Source: a virus. Taken from it: a stretch of DNA of 64,000 bases. How positions within the stretch are numbered: position 1 is the stretch's first letter; each line of letters opens with the position of its first letter. Where the stretch lies: positions 1 to 64,000 of IMG/VR virus record IMGVR_UViG_3300032053_000032, one strand, 5' to 3'. This document shows, piece after piece, positions 38,192 through 45,962 of this stretch. The position numbers and the translations under genes were made by a program. Below the pieces are notes generated by a model. The model was not told the origin of the DNA. It ran no database searches and was given only the letters and a program-made list of their open reading frames with translations.

Positions 38192-38662
38192 ATGGGTATC
38201 CTCACCGTGAGCACCGTCTGTGGCACCATCCTGGTCATTCTCGGCCTCATCTACAAGTTCCTCGCCCCGCTCGTCAAGAGCCCGGTCATCGCCGGGATCC
38301 TGTCACGCGCGAAGGATGAGGTTTTCGCCGCTGTTCACGAGGTGGATGCTGGGTACGTTGACGCGATCAAGCTCGCTTCCGCCGACGGCACCCTGACTGC
38401 GGCCGAGAAGGCTGTTGCAAAGGACAAGGCCATCGCCATCGCCAAGAGCAACATCGGCATGAAGGGCCTCGCGACGCTGAGCAGGATCGCCGGGATCGAG
38501 TCGGTTGAGAAGTGGATCGCCTCGTGGATCGAGCGCGGCGTGAGCACAAAGCGCCTCACCGAGCAGCACGCGGACGCAGCAACGCTGGCTGCTTCTGCTG
38601 TCGCCGGGGGTGACGCGACCGTCCCTTTCGTCAAGCCCGCGCCGAACAACTCGCCGCGGTAG
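38192..38662 (+). CDS. holin-like protein (single N-terminal TM, LL-H-like)
   Basis: N-terminal TM helix; DGTLTAAEKAVAKDKA...WIERGV pattern; upstream of endolysin; leaderless start after TGcTACCCT-N7. Confidence 0.6.
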   Translation: MGILTVSTVCGTILVILGLIYKFLAPLVKSPVIAGILSRAKDEVFAAVHEVDAGYVDAIKLASADGTLTAAEKAVAKDKAIAIAKSNIGMKGLATLSRIAGIESVEKWIASWIERGVSTKRLTEQHADAATLAASAVAGGDATVPFVKPAPNNSPR

Positions 38663-38919
38663 TTGCGGCGCAGTCGGTTGTCGCGGGGCAGCGGCTCGAC
38701 CACGTCGACTCGCTTCGGGTAGGGGAAGGCCATCTCGACCTGAGCGCCTTCGCTCACGGGGACGGGATCGGTGGCACCTCGGGCGTCTCGCTCGACTATG
38801 AGCACCGCGCGACGGCTGGGCTGTCCATGTTCGGCACCGGGTGGGCCGGTGCAAGCTACGGTGCGGGCGGGTTTGCCCCGGCGTACGGCGCGCAGGTCGG
38901 TCTTCGTCTCAAATTCTAG
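38614..38919 (+). CDS. start-less -1 frame extension: helix plus four beta-strands ending in GLRLKF (outer-membrane anchor-like)
   Basis: Open from just after TGA 38611-38613 to TAG 38917-38919; exactly fills the holin-endolysin gap; not in the ORF track. Confidence 0.65.
   Translation, partial: RDRPFRQARAEQLAAVVAAQSVVAGQRLDHVDSLRVGEGHLDLSAFAHGDGIGGTSGVSLDYEHRATAGLSMFGTGWAGASYGAGGFAPAYGAQVGLRLKF
38623..38688 (+). other. programmed -1 ribosomal frameshift signal
   Basis: In-frame C CCT TTC heptamer (38623-38629), 6-nt spacer, then GC-rich stem CCCGCG...CGCGGG with inner CGCCGC/GCGGCG. Confidence 0.7.
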
Positions 38920-38928
38920 GAGGACGTC

Positions 38929-39807
38929 ATGGGCTTGATGATCGGCGGGCACGAAGAGGAGATCCAGGGCGTCGTCATCAACTCGTGGATCAAGCACCCG
39001 GAGCTTCGCCTGGACGGCGGGGACCGACGCCCGCGCGACCCAGCGCGAGCCCACGCCTGGCCCGTCCGCAGCATCGTCATCCACACCGTTTACGGCGACG
39101 AGCCGATCGTGCTCCTCAAGGGCAAGGGACCAGACGGTGGCGAGCCCGCCGCGTGGATCAAAGACCAGCGCGGCGACAAGACCCACGCTGGCGAGCACAT
39201 GCTAGTCGGGTTTGACGGCGCGGTCGCCTGCACCTGTGACCTCCTAGGCGAGGCGAGCTACCACGCGGAGAGCATCAACGAGCTGTCGATCGGCATCGAG
39301 ATCTGCACCCAGCGCGCACGGGACGTGACAACCGGCCAACCAGTCTTCTACATGTGGCAGGCTTCGCTCGACGCCACCCTGGCAATCTGCGACTACCTGA
39401 CCGCGCTCCCGCGGGCATCCGCCGGGCACGGGCTGATCTCCGTCGCGCGCCAATACCACTCCCCGTTCCGTAACGGGTCACCCGTGCCGAGGTTCGCAGC
39501 GGGCGGATCCGACTGGACGGGCATCCTCGGACACCGCGACCAGACCTCCAAGAGAGGAGCTGGTGACCCCGGCCACCACGTCTTCGACGTGCTAGCTGCG
39601 CGCGGCTACGAGGCGTTCGACGTCATGGATGATGCTGACAAGACGGTGTGGAAGGTCCGCCAGGCGTACCTGAACGGGAAGTACGGCTCCCACCTCACCG
39701 TCGACGGCGTGCCGGGACCTGGGACGCGGGCGGTGCTGGAGCAGGCGGGGTACCGCGGGGGGCTGTGGCAGTTCCCTCCCAGCGCGACCCCGCTCCCAAC
39801 GGCATGA
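38929..39807 (+). CDS. endolysin, N-acetylmuramoyl-L-alanine amidase (Amidase_2) with C-terminal peptidoglycan-binding domain
   Basis: IVIHT, HMLVGFDG, SYHA, NELSIGIE, ILGHRD and DPG motifs; LTVDGVPGPGTR. Confidence 0.85.
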   Translation: MGLMIGGHEEEIQGVVINSWIKHPELRLDGGDRRPRDPARAHAWPVRSIVIHTVYGDEPIVLLKGKGPDGGEPAAWIKDQRGDKTHAGEHMLVGFDGAVACTCDLLGEASYHAESINELSIGIEICTQRARDVTTGQPVFYMWQASLDATLAICDYLTALPRASAGHGLISVARQYHSPFRNGSPVPRFAAGGSDWTGILGHRDQTSKRGAGDPGHHVFDVLAARGYEAFDVMDDADKTVWKVRQAYLNGKYGSHLTVDGVPGPGTRAVLEQAGYRGGLWQFPPSATPLPTA

Positions 39808-40438
39808 TCTCCAGTCTGTAGATCGCGCGCGCGGCTCCCTTCGTTTCGACCATCTCCTCCGATACCCTTCCCGTCACGATCAGCTCCTGAAGCGCACGCC
39901 GTACGGTGCGGTAAGCCATTGAGGTTTGGGTGCAAAGCTGATCGCTCGTCGCGCTGTCATCTCGCAGAGCTTGGATCACAGCGGTCTGCGACGCGGTTGC
40001 TCCATCGAGAAACAGACAGCGATCACAAGCGCGCGCGTCCTCGTGCTTCTTCTCGCCGCACGGGCAACACCGCAGCTTGCTAAGCCGACTCGTCTCTCGC
40101 ATCCTGGCGGCCTTTACCGGATCACGCCGACGCTCTCGCTGTCTTGCGTTGTCCTCTTCACGAAACTTCGGATCTGAACGTCGACGCTTACCAGCCGCGC
40201 GCTGAAGCTCCTGCCATCGCTCGCGGTTCGAGTCGATCCAGCGGCGTCCGTTTGCCTTGTGGCGCTCCTTGTTGGCCTCGTACCAAGCGCGCCCTTGCGC
40301 CTTTAGGCAGTCCAAGCAGGTGTGTCGCAGGCGAATCTTGCCGCGCTGGAAGTATTCCAGGAAGAAATCCGACGTGAACGGCTTGGTTTTCTTGCAGAGG
40401 TTGCAGCGGAGTTTCTCGGGAGGAACGCGCACACGCAC
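39695..40438 (-). CDS. Zn-finger / winged-HTH DNA-binding protein
   Basis: CNLC...CLDC, basic helix, CPC...CDRC, then TSDQLCTQTSMAYRTVRRALQELIVTGRV; overlaps endolysin 3' end convergently. Confidence 0.55.
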   Translation of the reverse strand: MRVRVPPEKLRCNLCKKTKPFTSDFFLEYFQRGKIRLRHTCLDCLKAQGRAWYEANKERHKANGRRWIDSNRERWQELQRAAGKRRRSDPKFREEDNARQRERRRDPVKAARMRETSRLSKLRCCPCGEKKHEDARACDRCLFLDGATASQTAVIQALRDDSATSDQLCTQTSMAYRTVRRALQELIVTGRVSEEMVETKGAARAIYRLEIMPLGAGSRWEGTATAPRGTPPAPAPPASQVPARRRR

Positions 40439-40443
40439 ACGCG

Positions 40444-41028
40444 CTACTCCGGTTCCTTCGGGCAGAACGTATCGAGGAGCCAGCGGCCCACGAGGTCGAG
40501 GACACTGTGGGCGATTGGATACTTTTCGTCACCCGTGAACCCGGACGGCTCGAACTTCATCGCCTTCCACTTCGAGGCGATAGCATAGCACGGCGTTCCA
40601 TACTGCCAGGCGACGGAGGCAGCCATCGCAGCGCCATCGAACGCGCCGGAAGCGAGCGACCCGGACTTGCCGACTCTGATGAAGATCTCCCCTGGGCGCC
40701 CGTCTTCGTAAAGCCCGATGGTCACGTAGATCTTGACCACCCCGCTCGGGTTGTCTTCCGACGGGGCAGCTTGAATCCGAAACGCGCGCGTCGGTCCCTT
40801 ACGCGTGTCGCTCAGGCGCTGGCGCTGGACCACGCGCGGGGGTGGATCTGCTGGTGCGCCAGCAGGAAGCGTTGAGGTGAACGCGTTGGGATCGTGCGAC
40901 ACCAACTCCTGCTTGAGGTCAAACGCGATCTGCTCGCGTGGGGGCAGCACGAGCACGGTAGGTCCGTGACGACCGCTCTTGGATTCGAGAGGCTTCAGCT
41001 TTTGTGGCTTCTTGGGTTTGTTGCTCAC
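40444..41028 (-). CDS. stand-alone TSCPD-domain protein (class II RNR C-terminal-like)
   Basis: YVTIGLYEDGRPGEIFI...KSGS...QYG...KFEPSG...SVLDLVGRWL; GTG start overlapping the upstream stop. Confidence 0.8.
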   Translation of the reverse strand: MSNKPKKPQKLKPLESKSGRHGPTVLVLPPREQIAFDLKQELVSHDPNAFTSTLPAGAPADPPPRVVQRQRLSDTRKGPTRAFRIQAAPSEDNPSGVVKIYVTIGLYEDGRPGEIFIRVGKSGSLASGAFDGAAMAASVAWQYGTPCYAIASKWKAMKFEPSGFTGDEKYPIAHSVLDLVGRWLLDTFCPKEPE

Positions 41029-41468
41029 TTGACCTCGATGATGGACCACCCACCGCCGTCCTTCTTGGCGACGCGGGTGACCTGGAAAAATCGGTACGGG
41101 TGCAGCTCGGCAGCGACCTTGATCTTGACCCGGCCGGTTGGCTCCATGAAGCCCTTTACCTCGTGGAACTCTATCGAGCCATCGAGAAGAAGCACCCTGA
41201 AGTCCGGAACGTAGTACGTCATGTCCGCCAGGCGCAACTTTTCGGGCTCGAAGTCCCAGCGCACGACGTCCGGCGGGCTGCTATCAGACCACGGTGAGAT
41301 GCGCCGGAGTTCCAGCACACGCGCGTACGCGGCCTCCATCGCGTTCATCGCTCCTGGCTTGCGTCCCTTAGCGTGCCAGCGCCCCCTCACGGTCTTCGCC
41401 GTGGTCACGACGACTCCGGGCACCGGGTTGGGCAGGACGACCTTGGCGGGCTTCCTGGCGCGTGCCAT
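41025..41468 (-). CDS. PD-(D/E)XK endonuclease (DUF1064-like, possible resolvase)
   Basis: MNAMEAAY...YVPDF...EFHEVKG. Confidence 0.75.
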   Translation of the reverse strand: MARARKPAKVVLPNPVPGVVVTTAKTVRGRWHAKGRKPGAMNAMEAAYARVLELRRISPWSDSSPPDVVRWDFEPEKLRLADMTYYVPDFRVLLLDGSIEFHEVKGFMEPTGRVKIKVAAELHPYRFFQVTRVAKKDGGGWSIIEVK

Positions 41469-41767
41469 CAGTTTCCGTCGCTGTGATCAATGATATCGTA
41501 CTTGTTGCAGGTCACGCGCAGGAAGTCCTGCCACGCTGTGGCGATGTCCGCGGCTAGCTCGCAGTCCGTGAGCAGGTGCTCCGGATCTCGGCAGAACTCG
41601 ACGTGGTGAAGCATCTCCCCCTGCACCAAGGCCACCGCGATGAAGCCGTCGTCCATCGAAGAGAACATCCTCTTGATGACCTGGAGGAGCATGCGGATCT
41701 TGGGATGCACCGCGTCAGCCTGCGCCATGACCTGCTCGACCGCGCTGCGTCTCTGAGCGTCCGTCAT
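41468..41767 (-). CDS. hypothetical protein
   Basis: 99 aa, coupled to neighbours, GAGGAG RBS. Confidence 0.6.
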   Translation of the reverse strand: MTDAQRRSAVEQVMAQADAVHPKIRMLLQVIKRMFSSMDDGFIAVALVQGEMLHHVEFCRDPEHLLTDCELAADIATAWQDFLRVTCNKYDIIDHSDGN

Positions 41768-41883
41768 CGTAAGAACTCCTCGATTGAGGGGCTTACCGTC
41801 GCTGTGATCACAGCTAGCACCAGCACTACCACCACGATGAACAACGTGGCGAGAACTTCATCCCTTCGCGACCTCACGAGCAT
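41764..41883 (-). CDS. 39-aa single-TM membrane peptide
   Basis: Hand translation MLVRSRRDEVLATLFIVVVVLVLAVITATVSPSIEEFLR; AGGAGG RBS; ATGA overlap with next gene. Confidence 0.55.
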   Translation of the reverse strand: MLVRSRRDEVLATLFIVVVVLVLAVITATVSPSIEEFLR

Positions 41884-41915
41884 ACCTCCTGGCTTGGGCG
41901 ACGCAGGAGATGTTG

Positions 41916-42071
41916 CTACGTGTCGTTGGGCAACTCAAGTGCGTGAGCAAGTTTGTGCAGAGCGTGGAGCGCGCGCTCCACGAAGGATGCGTTCCTTCGC
42001 TTTTCATGCGCCTTTTGCCAGTCCGAGGTACGCTTCTTGCGCGCTTTGGCGCGCTTCGACCACTTGCTCAT
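41916..42071 (-). CDS. small basic protein
   Basis: 51 aa MSKWSKRAKARKK...; ATGA coupling. Confidence 0.5.
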   Translation of the reverse strand: MSKWSKRAKARKKRTSDWQKAHEKRRNASFVERALHALHKLAHALELPNDT

Positions 42072-43444
42072 CCGTCGTTCGTCTCGTCGATGGAGATAAA
42101 CTTTCCCCACTCGCACGGGTGCTGCTGATACGGGCCGACCAAGAGCCAGATGACGGAGGCCCACGGCGGTGGCTCGGCGGGTGCTGGACCCTGCCCATCG
42201 GTCACGATGATGATCACGTCTGGCCGCGGATTCTCGGTATCATCGGGCGGCAACCCAGCCAGGTACTCGAAGACGGGGCAGAAGTCCGTCCCGCCACCAC
42301 CCTTGAGCTGCGCGGCAGCTTCCTGCCAGGAAGCCGCGCGTACCGCGGTGTGAACCGTGGCGTCGCAGGTCAGGAATGCCACGGACGCGTTCAGCACGGC
42401 GAGCACCCCCGACGCTTCCGCCATCGCGCGGTTCAGCTCGGCAACGCCCATCGACCCAGACGTGTCGACCACGAACGCAACGTTCGGCACGAACTCGTAG
42501 AAGCCGGCGAGGCGAGGCTTCCCTGGTCCGAAACCGAGCCCTGCCTGGCGCACCGACGTGCGCCGGTAGGTGTAGTCCACCACCCCTGCACGCTGCACGA
42601 GCCCGCGGATCGAGTGAGCCAGCTCCTGCTCCCAGGAGATCTTGGGTGGCTTCAACTCAGCGTCCGCCCACCGCTGAAGTCCTGCCGGAACGTCTCCGCG
42701 ACCCTTGCTGGCTTCCTCGCGGATCGCTTCGGCTGTCTCGCGGCGGATCCGGCGGATCTCGGGTTCTGACTTCCCTACCTGACGGCCAGTCGAGTCCTTG
42801 GCGTCCTCATCCGGCTCGCCAGGCACCGCCTGCCCACCGCCGGACCCGCACCACCCGGTTCCCGCGCCGGGCTTGGCGCCCATCTCAGCGGCCTTCTCAC
42901 CAGCCTTCTGAGCTTCCCCCTTTTCCCGCCCAGAGCCATTCCCAGACTGGTCTGGAGTTGACCCCCTGCCGAGCGCGGCCAGGCGGTTGTAGTAGTCCTC
43001 CGCGATGGATCCGGGCTTGAAGCCGAGCGTCTGAGGGAGCACCGGCGGGCTGGCCTTGGGCGCGCGGAACTCGCGGTCCTTGGCGTCTGGACCGTAATCG
43101 CCGGGCTGCTCGGGCTTGATGAGCACCAGGTCGTCGTTGATCTCCATGTCGTGCGCGATGTTCCAGAGGCGGTGTTCCCCGGCGTGCTTCTCGCAGCGGG
43201 TGAACGACTCGCGGAGCGGATGCATGACCTCGTGGCAGAGAACCCAGGCGATCTCGCCCACGGTCCACCTCTCGATGGCCACCGGATCGTAGAGCGCGAC
43301 CATTCGCGGCGTGATCCCGATGGTGCCCAGTTCCGGCTGCTCCCGGAACACCATCGAGTTGAGCGCGCGCCGGAAGTAGGGCAGCTTCTGCTTGGCGATG
43401 TGCCGGCCGGCCATCAGCTTCGCACGCGGGGTGAGGGTGGGCAT
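42068..43444 (-). CDS. metallopeptidase-like (HExxH) plus vWA domain protein (DUF2201-like)
   Basis: HEVMH, WNIAHDMEIND, VDTSGSM (MIDAS), GGGGTDF and IVTDG motifs. Confidence 0.85.
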   Translation of the reverse strand: MPTLTPRAKLMAGRHIAKQKLPYFRRALNSMVFREQPELGTIGITPRMVALYDPVAIERWTVGEIAWVLCHEVMHPLRESFTRCEKHAGEHRLWNIAHDMEINDDLVLIKPEQPGDYGPDAKDREFRAPKASPPVLPQTLGFKPGSIAEDYYNRLAALGRGSTPDQSGNGSGREKGEAQKAGEKAAEMGAKPGAGTGWCGSGGGQAVPGEPDEDAKDSTGRQVGKSEPEIRRIRRETAEAIREEASKGRGDVPAGLQRWADAELKPPKISWEQELAHSIRGLVQRAGVVDYTYRRTSVRQAGLGFGPGKPRLAGFYEFVPNVAFVVDTSGSMGVAELNRAMAEASGVLAVLNASVAFLTCDATVHTAVRAASWQEAAAQLKGGGGTDFCPVFEYLAGLPPDDTENPRPDVIIIVTDGQGPAPAEPPPWASVIWLLVGPYQQHPCEWGKFISIDETNDG

Positions 43445-43448
43445 CGGG

Positions 43449-43595
43449 CTACTCCTTGCCGTACACGACGGCGGCCTTGAATGCGTAGAAGAACTCGGTA
43501 TCGGTCCCTTCGGTCACCTCGGCGCGTACCTGCTCGATGGTGAAACCGTAGGCGAGAAGGTTAGCGATCCGGCGGATGGTCGAGTTCGTTTCCAT
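43449..43595 (-). CDS. small hypothetical protein (METNS..., leaderless)
   Basis: 48 aa; ATG 7 nt after a -10 box. Confidence 0.65.
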   Translation of the reverse strand: METNSTIRRIANLLAYGFTIEQVRAEVTEGTDTEFFYAFKAAVVYGKE

Positions 43596-43602
43596 GAGAA
43601 GC

Positions 43603-43631
43603 AGTATGCTCGCTTTCCGCGTTGTATGCAA
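43603..43631 (-). promoter_or_regulatory. leaderless promoter, GAAAGCG family
   Basis: TTGCAT-acaacgcggaaagcgag-CATACT-gcttctc-ATG on the minus strand. Confidence 0.75.
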
Positions 43632-43655
43632 CAACTATTTTGCGGAAAGCGACGA

Positions 43656-44876
43656 TTAGCGACGTGACCGAGGCTGGAGGCCGGTCGCCTTGACGAACGG
43701 CTGCATCTTGGCGAGCACCGGCCGGGCTTCCGGGATTTGCGACAGCTCGCTATCGATGAGCGTTCCCATCGGGCGGATGCAGAGGTCAGCCATCTCGCCG
43801 ACCACCTCCCCGAGGATGCCCCAGAGGACCGTCGCGCGCGCCTTCCGCTTGTCGAGCTTCCGGTCTTCGAGGATGGTGGCGCACGCGTTGAGCGTGACCT
43901 CGGTGCGGTCGATGCGGTCCGGGTCGTGCGACCACTTCGTCACGCGGTCCATGACGTCGAGCGGGTTCGGCAGGTCGACCTTTTCGCGGTACTCGAACAG
44001 CTCCGAAGCTGCGCCGGCCCCCACAAACGACGCAACGAACTCCTCCGCATCGCCGACTTCGAGCCCGTTCACCTCACCGGAGGACAGCGCGCGGGCTGCA
44101 TTCTCCCAGGAGCGCGGAGAGCACCACGCGCGGCCGGCCTTCCCGTCTCCGAGCTTGGGCACCTTCAGGAGCGCGTCGGGCACGGCCTTGATGTAGCCGG
44201 CGACCACCGCGCGCGCCTTCGCCCACGGGCTGCCCCAGTTCTCCATCACCCGAGCTTCTTCAGAAGCTGCCGATCCAAGCACGACTTCGGTGTGACGGTC
44301 GGCACCGGACCCGAGGAGCCAGGACGTCCACTCGCCGACGTCCGGCCGGTTGTCCTGAAGCCAGGGCAGGTGCCCCATGCGGTTCGCGACCGGGGCAGGC
44401 AGCTCGCTTCCACCCGCGGACAGCTCCGGCGGGTTGGCTGCTCCGAAGATGCGGACGCGCCGCCCGAGGAAGTGCGCGCCGATCCGCTTCTCGTGGATGA
44501 GCCCCATCAGCGCGGGACGAAGCGCAGCGGGCGCCGTGTTCGTCTCGTCCACGAAGACGATGCCCACCGGAACTCCCTGGGCATCAAGCAGGTTGTCGGT
44601 CCACTCCGGGGGTGGGTAGGTGAGGATCATGCGGTCCACGATCTTGCCGTCCGGGTACTTGAACGGGCGGATCTCGGGCACCGGCGTCACGCCGAATGCG
44701 CCCTCCTGGCGCTCACCTGGCGACAGCACCTCGACGTACAGCCCAGTCTCCCGGCCGAGCTGGAGGATCGCTTCGGTCTTCCCGACACCGGGAACGTCCC
44801 AGAGCAGCATGGGAAGGCCCCAGCCGCGGCTGGTGGGCGTGAAGAGTGCGGCGCGGAGAATATCGAGGCGGCTCAT
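43656..44876 (-). CDS. MoxR-like AAA+ ATPase
   Basis: Walker A DVPGVGKT, Walker B IVFVDE, GAANP, ANRMGH and SPRSWE motifs; start MSRLD at 44876 with AGGAG RBS. Confidence 0.85.
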   Translation of the reverse strand: MSRLDILRAALFTPTSRGWGLPMLLWDVPGVGKTEAILQLGRETGLYVEVLSPGERQEGAFGVTPVPEIRPFKYPDGKIVDRMILTYPPPEWTDNLLDAQGVPVGIVFVDETNTAPAALRPALMGLIHEKRIGAHFLGRRVRIFGAANPPELSAGGSELPAPVANRMGHLPWLQDNRPDVGEWTSWLLGSGADRHTEVVLGSAASEEARVMENWGSPWAKARAVVAGYIKAVPDALLKVPKLGDGKAGRAWCSPRSWENAARALSSGEVNGLEVGDAEEFVASFVGAGAASELFEYREKVDLPNPLDVMDRVTKWSHDPDRIDRTEVTLNACATILEDRKLDKRKARATVLWGILGEVVGEMADLCIRPMGTLIDSELSQIPEARPVLAKMQPFVKATGLQPRSRR

Positions 44877-44914
44877 GTAATTGGCTCCTGGTAGAGGTCT
44901 TGGGCAAAGCGTCC

Positions 44915-45028
44915 CGCTCGTGCCCGGCGCAACGTGGTCCTGGTGTTCTGGAAGGCTTTTGTATCGCCTTGCCGAACCTGGGCCTCCGTTACGGGCCGAG
45001 GTGGGAGCCGTTGCGCCGGGCACGAGCG
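44915..45028. repeat. perfect 20-bp inverted repeat in the 5' region of the AAA ATPase gene
   Basis: CGCTCGTGCCCGGCGCAACG (44915-44934) and its reverse complement (45009-45028). Confidence 0.85.
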
Positions 45029-45048
45029 AGGCGTTCCGCGCCAGTCTG

Positions 45049-45243
45049 TTACTCCTCGTCGATGCAGGCGAGGCAGGTCGCTCGGTGAGCGCGGACGGTG
45101 TCCGCGACGCACGCGGGGCACATCGGCGCTTCGCACCGGGGGCAGTACATGCCGCCGGAGTCATCTCCGCAGCCCGTGCAGATCTCCGGGTTGGTGTTTT
45201 CGTCAGTGCGGTCGTACTCCATCGCGTTCGTCTGATTGCTCAT
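45049..45243 (-). CDS. small Cys-rich (Zn-finger) protein, leaderless
   Basis: CTGC, CPRC, CPAC and CLAC motifs. Confidence 0.7.
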   Translation of the reverse strand: MSNQTNAMEYDRTDENTNPEICTGCGDDSGGMYCPRCEAPMCPACVADTVRAHRATCLACIDEE

Positions 45244-45250
45244 GTTTCTT

Positions 45251-45279
45251 ACTATGCTCGCTTTCCTCGGTTTGTGCAA
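45251..45279 (-). promoter_or_regulatory. leaderless promoter, GAAAGCG family
   Basis: TTGCAC-aaaccgaggaaagcgag-CATAGT-aagaaac-ATG. Confidence 0.75.
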
Positions 45280-45324
45280 GAACTATTTTGCAGCTCAGCG
45301 TTTTATTTCAAGTGCCGTCGGTGA

Positions 45325-45564
45325 CTACTCGTGGCTGGTGTCGCCGTCGTCCTTGTGGTGCTCGCAGCTCGCGCACCAGACGATGCCCTCCAAGGTCCGC
45401 TTGAGGGACAGGCTGACGCACTCGGGGCACAGCACGTGCCCACACCCGACGCAAACCTTCGCTCCAGGCGTGAGCACGTAGCCGAGATCTTCCACGAACT
45501 CGACCACGGAAGTCCCGCAGGACTCGTCGAGCGGTGCGCCAGGGCAGTTGGAGTTCGAGGCCAC
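45325..45564 (-). CDS. small Cys-rich (Zn-finger) protein
   Basis: CVGC, CPEC and CASC motifs. Confidence 0.65.
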   Translation of the reverse strand: MASNSNCPGAPLDESCGTSVVEFVEDLGYVLTPGAKVCVGCGHVLCPECVSLSLKRTLEGIVWCASCEHHKDDGDTSHE

Positions 45565-45601
45565 TAGTACTCGCCCTTGGCATCAAAGTGCGCGTCATCA
45601 C

Positions 45602-45808
45602 TCACTTCTTCTCCGTTAGCGTGATCGTCAGATTGTGTGCAGTGTCCTTGGACAAGACATCAATTGCCCATGAAGTCGTCAGGGACTTATCTGCAATCGA
45701 AGGGTGATGTGCTCTGACCCAAGCGTGGATGGCTTCAACAATCTCACTCGAATCGAGTATGACCTTCACAGGCAACTCCTCTGGCATTTCCCGATACGGG
45801 TTTGTCAT
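45602..45808 (-). CDS. hypothetical protein (low GC)
   Basis: 68 aa, GAGGT RBS. Confidence 0.55.
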   Translation of the reverse strand: MTNPYREMPEELPVKVILDSSEIVEAIHAWVRAHHPSIADKSLTTSWAIDVLSKDTAHNLTITLTEKK

Positions 45809-45962
45809 AAATACCTCACAGGCGGCTCGTCGTGAGAATCGAACTCACGTAATTCCCAGAGTCTGATGTCCAACGGAGTTCGCCGTGCGTCGCGATCTCG
45901 TTAGCTACCTTCCTTAACCAGTTCGGCATACTGCAAGCGTGGGAGGTGCCGTAACAACTAGG

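Noticed and set aside
41576-44894. Long plus-strand ORFs 41576-42769 and 43737-44894
   Set aside because: They are shadows of the motif-bearing vWA-peptidase and ATPase genes on the minus strand
44877-45164. 96-aa N-terminal extension of the AAA ATPase in the ORF track
   Set aside because: It overlaps the 45049-45243 gene and the inverted repeat; a good RBS supports the start at 44876
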